A stretch of 46,986 nucleotides of DNA from an uncultured delta proteobacterium (GTDB lineage: Bacteria > Myxococcota_A > Polyangia > Fen-1088): the NCBI GenBank assembly GCA_963737265.1, contig CAVTRY010000001.1, positions 1 through 46,986 on the forward strand, given 5' to 3'. Below, piece by piece: positions 10,065-18,796 of the stretch (the stretch's first letter is position 1; each line of letters starts with the position of its first letter). Below the pieces are notes generated by a model that was given only the letters and a program-made list of their open reading frames with translations, was not told the origin of the DNA and did no database searches. The position numbers and the translations under genes were made by a program.

Positions 10065-11297
10065 TTCGCCGACCTCTGGCGAGAGCTGGAACCGCTCGGC
10101 CGGGACGAGCAGACGGGCGGTTACCGTCGCTACTCCTGGACCCCGGCCGACGCGCAGTGCCGCGCCTGGTTCACCCGCCAGGCGGAAAACCTCGGCCTAG
10201 CCGTGGAAGCAGATAACAACGGCAACCTATGGGCCTGGTGGGCCCCAAGAAACCCAAGAAGCCAGCAGAGAACGAACGCCATCGTGACCGGCAGCCATCT
10301 GGACTCGGTCCCGGATGGCGGGGGCTACGACGGAGCGCTCGGCGTCGTGTCCGCGCTGGCCGCCGTGGAAATGCTTAAAGATAAAGACTTTTATCCCGAA
10401 CGAGCCGTCGTGCTTGCCCTGTTCACCGAGGAAGAGGGCGCTCGGTTTCGCGTCCCCTGCCTGGGCAGCCGCCTGATCACCGGCGCCATCGACCCGGAGA
10501 CCGCCCGGGCCCTCACCGACGACGACGGCATCACGCTGGCCGCCGCGATGACCGCCTCGGGATGCGATGCCAGCCTGCTCGGTCCCCGCCCCGACCTGCT
10601 GGACGGTATGGCCGCATTCGTCGAACTGCACGTCGAGCAGGGCCGCGCACTCGCCCCGATGGGCGCCGCCCTCGGCCTGGCCGAGGGGATCTGGCCGCAC
10701 GGCCGGTGGCGACTGGATTTCGCCGGTCGCGCCGATCACGCCGGCACGGCCAGGCTGGCCGACAGGAAAGACCCGATGCTGCCCTACGCGAGAACCGTCC
10801 TGGCGGCCCGCCACGCCGCCGCCTGCAACGGTGCACTGGCCACGTTCGGCAAGGTGATCGCCGAGCCGGGTGGCGCCAACGGGGTTCCGTCGGCGGTAAG
10901 AGCCTGGCTGGACGCCAGGGCACCGGACGAAGCCACCTTGGAGAAAACTGTTACCTCGGTTCGTTCGGCCTCAGAGAGATTTTGCGCGGAGCACGGGGTG
11001 GCGCTCAGCGTCCGGCAGGAGTCATACACCCCGGTCGTCCGGTTCGACCAGCGGCTGCGGGACCGGATCGCGAGGGTGCTCGCCGCGGCCGGGGTGACGG
11101 CGCCGGTGCTGCCCACCGGGGCCGGGCACGACGCCGGGGTGCTCGCGGCGCGGGTGCCGACGGCCATGCTGTTCGTGCGCAACCCCACCGGCGTCTCGCA
11201 TTCGCCCGCCGAGCACGCCGACCTGGCCGACTGCGAAGCCGGGGTCCGCGCCCTCGCCCTGGTCCTGGAGAACCTCGCCGGGTCGGTCCGCACATGA
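10059..11297 (+). CDS. M20 allantoate-amidohydrolase-like hydrolase of the actinobacterial hut cluster
   Basis: GSHLDSVPDGGGYDGALGV, EEEGARF, ELHVEQG, GAGHDA, SHSPAE. Confidence 0.92.
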   Translation: MSFADLWRELEPLGRDEQTGGYRRYSWTPADAQCRAWFTRQAENLGLAVEADNNGNLWAWWAPRNPRSQQRTNAIVTGSHLDSVPDGGGYDGALGVVSALAAVEMLKDKDFYPERAVVLALFTEEEGARFRVPCLGSRLITGAIDPETARALTDDDGITLAAAMTASGCDASLLGPRPDLLDGMAAFVELHVEQGRALAPMGAALGLAEGIWPHGRWRLDFAGRADHAGTARLADRKDPMLPYARTVLAARHAAACNGALATFGKVIAEPGGANGVPSAVRAWLDARAPDEATLEKTVTSVRSASERFCAEHGVALSVRQESYTPVVRFDQRLRDRIARVLAAAGVTAPVLPTGAGHDAGVLAARVPTAMLFVRNPTGVSHSPAEHADLADCEAGVRALALVLENLAGSVRT

Positions 11298-12638
11298 CCG
11301 CGAAGCGCTGGCTCGCCGAGCTAGCCTGGCTGCCCGGCCAGGGCGTATGCCGTGACGTCCTGATCGACTCCGACGCGGAACGCTTCGTCTCGGTTACCCC
11401 AATGACCCCTACCGCCCCGTCCGATGCCGAACGCCTCCCCGGCCTCACCCTGCCCGGGTTCGCCAACGCTCACTCGCATGCCTTCCACCGCGCCCTGCGC
11501 GCCATCACCCAGGCGGACCGCGGCACGTTCTGGACCTGGCGCGAGCGGATGTACGAGGTCGCGGCCCGGCTCGACCCCGACAGCTACCTCCGGCTGGCCC
11601 GGGCCGTCTACGCCGAGATGACGCTGGCCGGGGTGAGCTGCGTGGGCGAGTTCCACTACCTGCACCACCAGCCGGGCGGGCGGCCCTACGCCGACCCCAA
11701 CGCGATGGGCCGAGCCCTGGTCCAGGCGGCCGCCGAGGCCGGCCTGCGGATGACGCTGCTCGACACCTGCTACCTGGCCGGCGGCCTCGCCCCAGCCGAA
11801 CCGGGCGGGATGCTGCCGCTGGCCGGCCCGCAACTGCGCTTCGGCGACGGCGACGCCGTGCGGTGGGCGGCGCGGGCCACGGACCTCGGCTACGACCAGC
11901 ACGGCATGATCTCCCCGCACGCCAAGGCGGGTGCCGCTATCCATTCGGTCCGTGCGGTCCCGCGGGACCAGATGCACGCGGTGGTGGCCTGGGCGCACGT
12001 GCGGCGCCCCGCTGCACGCGCACATGTCGGAGCAGCAGGCCGAGAACGACGCGTGCCAGGCGCTCTACGGCGTTTCGCCCAGCAAGCTGCTTTACGAGCA
12101 GGACGCGCTCGGGCCGCGGGCCACCGTCGTGCACGCCACCCACGTCGACGCCGGCGACCTGGACCTGCTCGGCGGCAGCGGCGTGTTCGCCTGCCTGTGC
12201 CCCACCACCGAGCGCGATCTGGGCGACGGCCTCGCGCCCGCGCAGGCGCTGGCCGCGGCCGGCTGCACGCTCACGCTGGGCAGCGACAGCCACGCGGTGA
12301 TCGACATGCTGGAAGAAGCCCGCGGGGTCGAGTACGCCGAACGGCTGGCCCGCCGCGCCCGCGGCCACTTCACCGCGGAGACCCTGCTGGGCGCCGCGAC
12401 CCGCGCCGGGCACGCCAGCCTGGGCTGGCCGGACGCCGGGGAGATCGCGCCCGGGGCCTGGGCCGACCTGGTCACTGTGTCGCTGGACAGCGTCCGGACC
12501 GCGGGCGCGGTCGGCGACCTGGCGCTGGAGGCGGCCACCTTCGGCGCCTGCGCGGCCGACGTGCGCACGGTCGTGATCGGCGGCCGCGACGTCGTCCGGG
12601 ACGGAGTTCACCTGCTGCTGCCGGACGTGCCCGGATGA
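11294..12638 (+). CDS. hutF: Formimidoylglutamate deiminase (frameshift near 12000; C-terminus probably cut by the junction)
   Basis: PGFANAHSHAFHRALR, FWTWRERMY, GEFHYLHH, AIHSVRAV in one frame; PLHAHMSEQ, LCPTTERDLGDG, LGSDSHA in the next. Confidence 0.9.
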
Positions 12639-13185
12639 TAGCGGCAACAAGAGCGAGAATGCCCCCACCCCCGATGATCGGACCAAGCGATGTCCAGGGG
12701 TCGCTCACGGCCTCACGCTCGGCCGCCGCGTCATGATGATCACTTCGGGGGTGCGGAACTTCGATGGGGGAGAGCGGGGAGGCGCGGAAGGTCGAAGAGG
12801 GCGCGGCCCGGCCCTCGACGGCGCGGACGTTGGGCTGATTCTCTTTGGCCAACTTCATCTTGCTCGGGGCAGGCGCCGCCGGCATCGTGAGAGCCGCCTT
12901 CGCAACGTTCGCGAGACGAATCTCACGGAGGCGAGCATCTAGGGTCACGTTCTCCGCGATGAGTTTTTCGCGCTCGTCCGCAAGCGACGTGTCAGAGCGG
13001 ATGGCCGCTAGGCGCTGATTATTCGCCATCTTGCGAGCGACAGCCGCGGGACGATCGAGATTGAGTAGGCCAAGGGGAGGCTCGCCCTGCCCGTCCTCTC
13101 CGACCTTGCCAGGTTCGCTCTCGAGCGGCTCTGTCGTGCTCTCCGTGGCTCCCATGACGTTCGATTCTAGCCCGGGCGCCATCAT
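12635..13185 (-). CDS. Hypothetical protein, 3' end lost at the junction
   Basis: ATG 13185 overlaps the upstream stop (ATGA); coiled-coil-like middle and a hydrophobic stretch GGGGILALVAAII at the junction. Confidence 0.5.
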
Positions 13186-13757
13186 GGCCCCACGTTTGGG
13201 CAGCAGTAGAGCGTCCCTCCAGAGGGAGGATGCGCCAAGTCCGGGTTGATCCATATCCCGCAATTCGGGAGGCCTGCCGGGTAGGTCAGACCGTCCGGGC
13301 ACGTCCAGGGCGTCTGTCCGGTTCCGCACATCGCAGGTCCGGGGGAGTAGCAGAGCGCGCCTGGTGCAGGCGGTGCCCCCGGAATCGGAATGCCGGGAAG
13401 GGTCTGCGGAGCGGCGTCGGAGTACAGCGCAAGCACATCCCCGTCGAGATCATCGCAAGGCGCCCGGATGCCATCCTTGAAGCAGGCCGGATTGCTTGGC
13501 ACGTATGGGGCGACGTCGGGGGTCAAGGCGCTTGCTGCGTCGACTTCGCCAGCGTCCGCCGTGTCGGCCTCGACCGTACTCGCGTCCTTGTCGCTGACTG
13601 CCGGGGTCGTGACGAGCGAATCGGCGTCGGCGCTCGCTTCGGGCGTAATGCTTGGCGGAGCGCTCGCCTCCGACTCGGAGCGTAGGTCTTCCGCTCCAGA
13701 GGTTCCGCCGCACCCGGTCACGGCGAACGCGAGAATCAGAGTGGCTTGCTTCAACAT
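13182..13757 (-). CDS. Cys-rich putative lipoprotein
   Basis: MLKQATLILAFAVTG-C lipobox; Asp/Ala-rich linker (DADSL, DAGEVDAA) and 8 further Cys, myxobacterial style. Confidence 0.65.
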   Translation of the reverse strand: MLKQATLILAFAVTGCGGTSGAEDLRSESEASAPPSITPEASADADSLVTTPAVSDKDASTVEADTADAGEVDAASALTPDVAPYVPSNPACFKDGIRAPCDDLDGDVLALYSDAAPQTLPGIPIPGAPPAPGALCYSPGPAMCGTGQTPWTCPDGLTYPAGLPNCGIWINPDLAHPPSGGTLYCCPNVGP

Positions 13758-13823
13758 CTTGGCCTCATCGGTGCGCGCCCTACGCGCAGACGCTCCCAGC
13801 TTCGGGAGCGTTTCGGCCTTTTC

Positions 13824-14069
13824 TCAGCGGGGCAGATCCGCGTACGCCCGCAGCGCCAGCGCGATGACCTGCTCTTTCGATACCTGGTCCCGCTCGGCGA
13901 GCACGTCCAGCAAGGCGGAGTCGACGGCGAGCATTCGAAGCGCGACGACGTGCCACGGGACGTCCTGCTTCTTTAGGTGGATTCGGGCGATCGGATGACG
14001 GCCACTCACCGCGCCATCGATCGTCTCGTCGGTCAGCATCCGAGCGGGGAGCTTGCCCGGGGCCGTCAC
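13824..14069 (-). CDS. Small protein with a ribbon-helix-helix-like C-terminus
   Basis: VALRMLAVDSALLDVLAERDQVSKEQVIALALRAY; GTGA-coupled to the upstream ORF. Confidence 0.55.
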   Translation of the reverse strand: MTAPGKLPARMLTDETIDGAVSGRHPIARIHLKKQDVPWHVVALRMLAVDSALLDVLAERDQVSKEQVIALALRAYADLPR

Positions 14070-14334
14070 GGCGTCACCGTCGCGCCCGCGTCCAGCTCCC
14101 GAGCGATTGCAGCGGCGACGGCTTCGAGGTCGTAGAGCGCCTTGTGCGCGTTCAGCAGGGCGCCCGCAAGCGCGGCCCTTGCTTTGCCTTTTCGGATGAC
14201 GAGCGGGACGGCTTCGCCTCGTCGCTCAGGTCGGGGAGCGTCGGCGGTGGCGTCGGAATCGTGCTCGTGTGCGGTTCGTTGGCATTGTCAGCATTGTTCG
14301 GTGCCCTCCGGGTTTCGGACCATGCCCCCGGCCC
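14066..14334 (-). CDS. Small hypothetical protein, frameshifted
   Basis: C-terminal frame AALAGALLNAHKALYDLEAVAAAIARELDAGATVTP* ends in a GTGA overlap with 14069; N-terminal part lies in other frames. Confidence 0.35.
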
Positions 14335-14424
14335 GTCTAAGCGGTGCGCGGGCACTTTCGCGGCACCATGGCCGCCCACCGAAGCGCGCCACGGAGGGCG
14401 AGCGCACCGGAGGCGACTGGCGAG

Positions 14425-14625
14425 CTACTTGCGCCGGGAGGCTTTGGGCTTGGCGCTCGGCTCGCTGCGCTCTAGGTGGCGCTCGCGATGCCTTGAGCAG
14501 CATCCGCACGAGAGCCGCGACGGTCGAGAGCCGTCATGCTCGGCCAGCTTCTCCGCGCGCGCCCATTCTTCGGCGCTCGTCCGCATCGTGAAAAGTTTCT
14601 CGCGCAACGCGACGACATTCTGCAT
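14425..14625 (-). CDS. CopG/RHH-like DNA-binding protein, frameshifted
   Basis: REKLFTMRTSAEEWARAEKLAEH-G, then after a frameshift STVAALVRMLLK, a strand-helix-helix pattern. Confidence 0.55.
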   Translation of the reverse strand: MQNVVALREKLFTMRTSAEEWARAEKLAEHDGSRPSRLSCGCCSRHRERHLERSEPSAKPKASRRK

Positions 14626-14639
14626 GGTTACGGCTCCGT

Positions 14640-14674
14640 GTATAGACGTTGTAGCTGTTCTAAAACGTATATAC
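14640..14674. promoter_or_regulatory. AT-rich inverted repeat, putative RHH operator in a divergent promoter region
   Basis: GTATAGACGTT-N13-AACGTATATAC (10/11 match), 15 bp upstream of the RHH ATG. Confidence 0.5.
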
Positions 14675-14776
14675 GAACACTAACAGTCGTCAAGGGACGT
14701 GGAGCCGTACGCTTCCGGACGTATTGACCCCTCCCCGGCCGAGAGCGACGATGGCCCTCGAAGGGCGGTCGTGCCC

Positions 14777-15185
14777 ATGAACGCGCAATTCTGGCCGTGT
14801 CCCGGTTGCTCCCGTCACGTCAAGCGAGGCGACGCGATCTGTCCGTTCTGCGGCGCGACTGCCAGCGTCGATGAGCGGCCCGACGCGAACTGCTCGCCGG
14901 GCGCCTGTCACGAGCCGCGCTCTTCGCGGCGGGAGCGGTCGGAGCTGCGGTCGCGACCACGAATTGCTTCGCGCGTCAACCACCGTACGGAGCGGACCAC
15001 GCCCCGGGGCCGTGCGAGGTTATCCGATCGGACCGAGGACGCGAGCGCCAGCGATGGTCCCAGCGAGGCAGCGCCCGACGCGGGAGACGCGAGCGCGACT
15101 ACCGGGCCGACCGATTCGTCGAGCCGCGCCGGACGTGCCCATGGCGGTGCCGTTCTACGGAGCCGCTATCGTTCCGGACGAGTGA
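14777..15185 (+). CDS. Zn-ribbon (CPxCxRHV…CPFC) small protein with a C-terminal YG motif, frameshifted
   Basis: MNAQFWPCPGCSRHVKRGDAICPFCG; DASASDGPSEAAPDAGDAS linker; ends AVPFYGAAIVPDE* in another frame. Confidence 0.55.
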
Positions 15186-15207
15186 AGCGGCGAGCCCGCT
15201 CGCTGCG

Positions 15208-15440
15208 ATGTCCACGCCGACCATCCACGCGTTCGCGGCGGCTTCGCGTCGATGTGCGGCAAGTGCTTGCGCCAGTCGGCCGAGGTACCCGCGGCCTCCC
15301 CTGATGCCGCTTGGGTCGCGCTCGTTGGGGTCGGCTGGACCCTTCACCGCGACTACGCGCTCTGCCCCGACTGCACGGCCGATCCGCCGAACGTCGACAA
15401 GGACGCGGCGCGGGCGAAGCGGGCGCGAAAACGGCGGTGA
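15208..15440 (+). CDS. Small CxxC…CxxC Zn-binding protein, frameshifted near the start
   Basis: CGKCLRQS…VGWTLHRDYALCPDC…basic tail. Confidence 0.45.
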
Positions 15441-15537
15441 CGAAGTTTTTTCGTCACTCCCCCTAAACATTAGGAGCCGCGACTTGCGACACTCTCAATG
15501 TGGAGTCGAATAGCATCCACCGTGCCTCCCGAGCCCC

Positions 15538-16035
15538 ATGTCCAATTACATCGTTATCCGCTCTGCGTTCATCGAACGCCCGCACGAAGCGGTCGACTAC
15601 TACGCGGCCCGTATCGCCGGAGCGCGAGTCATCGCGTGCCATGGGCAAAATGTGGAAGTTCACTTCGAAGCCGACGGAACGCACCTTTTTTCCGAAGATG
15701 TAGGACCGAATGTCGCGGACGGCTTGCGTATTGTTCGTCGAGTCAAAGGGGGACGCATCGAGCCTCGTCAATTCGCTCTCGAGCGCGCACATTTACTGGA
15801 TCACGTGGTACCCGCGATAGAGCGTTTCACCGTCTCGATTCCCGGTACGGGTGGCATGGGACGCGAAAAGCGCCTGCTCCACGGCCCGCGGCTTTCGGAT
15901 GGGCGGTATCTGCGCGTCGTGCTGCGCCCCGGACCGGGCATGGCGTGGACATGCGTAACGGCGTATCCGGTCTCCGAATTCACGTGGCGGGAGGCTGGTC
16001 GCGCACGACGCGCGAAGTTCCCCCCGGGCGAATAG
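15538..16035 (+). CDS. Hypothetical protein, putative BECR-fold (phage Barnase/EndoU/Colicin/RelE-like) RNase
   Basis: Intact 165-aa ORF; motifs F-x3-THLF, RQFALERAHLLDHVVPAI, YLRVVLRP and terminal-strand CVTAYP, recalled as resembling PBECR-type nucleases (not searched). Confidence 0.55.
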   Translation: MSNYIVIRSAFIERPHEAVDYYAARIAGARVIACHGQNVEVHFEADGTHLFSEDVGPNVADGLRIVRRVKGGRIEPRQFALERAHLLDHVVPAIERFTVSIPGTGGMGREKRLLHGPRLSDGRYLRVVLRPGPGMAWTCVTAYPVSEFTWREAGRARRAKFPPGE

Positions 16036-16071
16036 AAAGAAAACCCCGGGGACCTTTCGATCGCCGGGGTT
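16036..16071 (-). terminator. Rho-independent terminator (minus strand)
   Basis: AACCCCGG-C-GATC-GAAA-GGTC-C-CCGGGGTT stem-loop running into a T tract (TTTTCTTT). Confidence 0.75.
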
Positions 16072-16142
16072 GGCACGTCCCCCCATCTGGCCAGCTAGGG
16101 GCGTCCTTCCGCTTTCGCGGACGTGCTTCGGACCGTCGGACA
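16036..16142 (-). ncRNA. Candidate structured small RNA convergent on the putative RNase gene
   Basis: Own sigma70-like promoter; 8-bp stem GCACGTCC/GGACGTGC, GAAA-capped hairpin CCGC-GAAA-GCGG, CCCC…GGGG hairpin; ends in an intrinsic terminator. Confidence 0.5.
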
Positions 16143-16148
16143 GAGGTA

Positions 16149-16177
16149 AAGATACACATCGCGCGGACCGGCGTCGA
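16149..16177 (-). promoter_or_regulatory. Sigma70-type promoter for the candidate sRNA
   Basis: TCGACG-17 bp-TATCTT with TGTG immediately before the -10. Confidence 0.5.
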
Positions 16178-16258
16178 GTGCCCGGCAAATCCATGCGGAT
16201 CGCGTCCCAGGGCCAAACCGCATGCAAATGGTTGCAACTCAAGCGATTACACACGCGC

Positions 16259-16480
16259 TCACATCTTCGCCCCGGCCTTCCGGCTCGCGACCTTCCCGAC
16301 GATCCGCCGTTGAGCCGAGCCGAGCGCGACCGTAGAGCCCTCGGACATCGGCATGAAGCGAGCGCAGTATGCCGTGCAGAACACTTGGCCGCCCATCTCG
16401 ACGCGATGGGCGGCAACGTCGAGCCCGCACGCGGCGCAAGCGAGGCGAGAAAGTTGGCCAGAAAGAATCCGCCGCGTCAC
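16259..16480 (-). CDS. 73-aa Zn-finger mini-protein
   Basis: CAACGLDV…VFCTAYCARF; GTG start overlapping the upstream stop (GTGA). Confidence 0.5.
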   Translation of the reverse strand: MTRRILSGQLSRLACAACGLDVAAHRVEMGGQVFCTAYCARFMPMSEGSTVALGSAQRRIVGKVASRKAGAKM

Positions 16481-16876
16481 GTCGCCCCCCTGATCTGCGC
16501 GGCTACTTCCGCAATAGCCCCGTAGATCAGCGCATCCGCCAGCTCTGCGGCCCGCTCGGCTCGCCAGTCGCGGGCATCGTGGACGAGGTCGATCGAAGGC
16601 CGGCGACGGCTCATCGGCCCGATCTTGAGGGCGCGCGCGATCTAGTGGGGTGACGGCATCGAGCCGATCCTTTTCGGATGGCTCTTGACCATCGGGCCAC
16701 CGAAAAAAAACGACCCCCGAAGCGACTTTGACATAGCTGCCGATCGAAAAGCGAAGCTCGGCGAGCGAGGGCCGTATGGGCAGCTCAAGCTCCTTGCCAC
16801 TCCCGAGCCGCACGCCGAGCCGCATTGTGGACCCTTGCGGTTCTCCGACTTTCGTGACGCGACCGATCGAAAACAT
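16477..16876 (-). CDS. Phage-like hypothetical protein with a MazG/NTP-pyrophosphatase-like helical C-terminus, frameshifted
   Basis: MFSIGRVTKVG… then, after a frameshift near 16645, IARALKIG…DLVHDARDWRAERAAELADALIYGAIAEVAAQIRGAT*. Confidence 0.4.
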
Positions 16877-16883
16877 GCGTGCC

Positions 16884-17744
16884 TCAGGCTCGCCCTTCCC
16901 GTGCCTGCCGTCGCCGCTCGCCTCTCCGGATCTTGTCGAGCGCTTTGCACTCGATCTGCCTAGCCCGCTCTCGGGTGAATCCGAAGGGCGCCGCGGCCTC
17001 CTCAAGCGTCTTTCCGTTCGCGCGAGCCAGGAGCACGCGGCGCTCACGCTCCGAAAGGCTGCCGAGCATCCGCCACGCGGCGCGCTCTCGCTCCGTTTGG
17101 AGCGCTACGGCTTCGGGCGACGGCGTCTCGGATGCAAGCATCTCGAGCCGAGTCACGGGCGCGCCGTCGGCGCTCACCTCGAGCGGGGCATCCAACGCGA
17201 CGGGCCACGCGAGGGCGCGTGTGGCTCGCGCTCGTCGGACCGCGCGATCCTTCTTGCCCGTCATCCGCGCCAGCTCATGATCAGAGGGGAGCGAGCCGGT
17301 CAGACTCAAGTGCCGCTCTTCCACTCGCCGAAGTTGCCGATCGGCGTCCAAGATGTGGACCGGGGTCCGCACGACGCCACCGTTCTGGATCGCGCGGCTC
17401 ATCGCTTGCCGGATCCAGTTGCTCGAGTACGTGGAGAACCTGTAGCCAAGCTCCGGCCGAAAGAGCTGAGCCGCCCGCATGAGCCCAAGGTTGCCTTCCT
17501 GAATAAGATCAGGCAGCTCGATTCCGCGGCGCAGATAGCCGCGGGCCATCGACACCACGAGCCGAAGATTCGCCCGCACGAATTCGGCCTCGAGCCGAGC
17601 GACGAGCTTCGCTCGGCCGACCTTGCGAGCGCGGACGAGCTGAGCGCCCTTCGCCAACTCCTCGTGTGGAGTCCACGGCGGATAGGCCGCAAGGTACGAA
17701 AGCGGACCGCCCATCTCGGCGTCACGTTGACGGCTCGCATTCAT
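16884..17744 (-). CDS. Sigma-70 family factor (RpoD/RpoS-like regions 2-4, no region 1.1)
   Basis: ANLRLVVSMARGY, DLIQEGNLGLMRAA, GYRFSTYSSNWIRQAMSRAI, TRERARQIECKALDKIR. Confidence 0.92.
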   Translation of the reverse strand: MNASRQRDAEMGGPLSYLAAYPPWTPHEELAKGAQLVRARKVGRAKLVARLEAEFVRANLRLVVSMARGYLRRGIELPDLIQEGNLGLMRAAQLFRPELGYRFSTYSSNWIRQAMSRAIQNGGVVRTPVHILDADRQLRRVEERHLSLTGSLPSDHELARMTGKKDRAVRRARATRALAWPVALDAPLEVSADGAPVTRLEMLASETPSPEAVALQTERERAAWRMLGSLSERERRVLLARANGKTLEEAAAPFGFTRERARQIECKALDKIRRGERRRQAREGRA

Positions 17745-17931
17745 CGCCGCGCCCTACTGCGGAACCCCAGTAAGTCGATACACGCGAATCTGCGCGGTGT
17801 AGTCGCCGATGAGGGTCACTATTTGTGACGCAATATCGGCCCTACTAGGGGTCCAATGGAGACGATCGTGGAAAAGCGCGGCGTTTCGATCGCGGGATAG
17901 CCGATCGGTGGCGTAGGGGCGTAACGGAGGG

Positions 17932-18796
17932 TCAGTCAGCGGCTTGAGTGGGCTCGACGGTGCGGTCGGAGCGACGGGACTTGCCGGAGATATTCACGAG
18001 CAGGCCTCGGTGCACGAGTCGGTCGGCGATGGCGCTGGCGGCGGCGGAGTTGTTGAAGAGCTTTCCCCAATCCTTGAAGGGCAGGTTGGTGGTGACGACG
18101 GTCGAGGCGCGTTGATAGCGCTTGTTGAAGACCTGGTAGAGCAGGTCGGCGCCGCGTGCGTCGAAGGACAGGTATCCCAGCTCGTCGATGAGCAAGAGGT
18201 CGTAGGCGGCCCAAGCCGTGAGGCGCCTGGAGAGGGTGTTGCGCGCCTGGGAAGCGACGAGCTCGTTGACGAGATCGGCGGCGAGGGTGAAACGCACGCG
18301 GTAGCCGCGCAGGCAGGCGAGCTGCCCGAGAGCGTTGGCGAGGTGAGTTTTGCCGACGCCCGAGGGTCCGAGAAAGACGACGTTGGCGCGCTCACGTAGG
18401 AAGTCGAGCGAGGCCGCGCGCGCGACCAGATCCCGATCGATGCGGTCGGGGTAATCGAAGTCATAGGAGTCGAGCGTGGTGAGTGGAAACAAGGTGGAGC
18501 GCTTGAGGGCGGCGCGAGCGCGAGCCTTCGAGCTGCACGCGAAGCTCGTCGCGCATGAGCCGATCGAGCAGCGCGGAGGGCGCCTCGTTTCGCGCGATGG
18601 CCTTTTCGAGTGCGGCATCCAGCTCGATAGCAGCGTGATCGAGCCCGAGGGTCTTGAGCACGTCGGCGAGCGAGAGGGTGGAGAGGGCTTCAGCGGTCGG
18701 TCGGATCGGGTCCGGAGTCAGCTCCGGGCTCACCGGAGACAGTGGGATCGGGGGCGTGGTCTTGGGAGGTTTGTGGGGTTTGGAAGAGGGCATCAT
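17932..18796 (-). CDS. istB: IS21 helper ATPase IstB (frameshift near 18525)
   Basis: GPSGVGKTHLA, LLLIDELGYL, TTNLPFKDWG, AIADRLVH. Confidence 0.9.

Noticed and set aside
10562-12736. 724-aa ORF appearing to be a novel fusion
   Set aside because: It is the hutF N-terminal half with an off-frame upstream extension and frameshifted read-through
12472-13329. 285-aa ORF overlapping the hutF 3' end
   Set aside because: It spans the segment junction; the part below ~12635 belongs to different DNA
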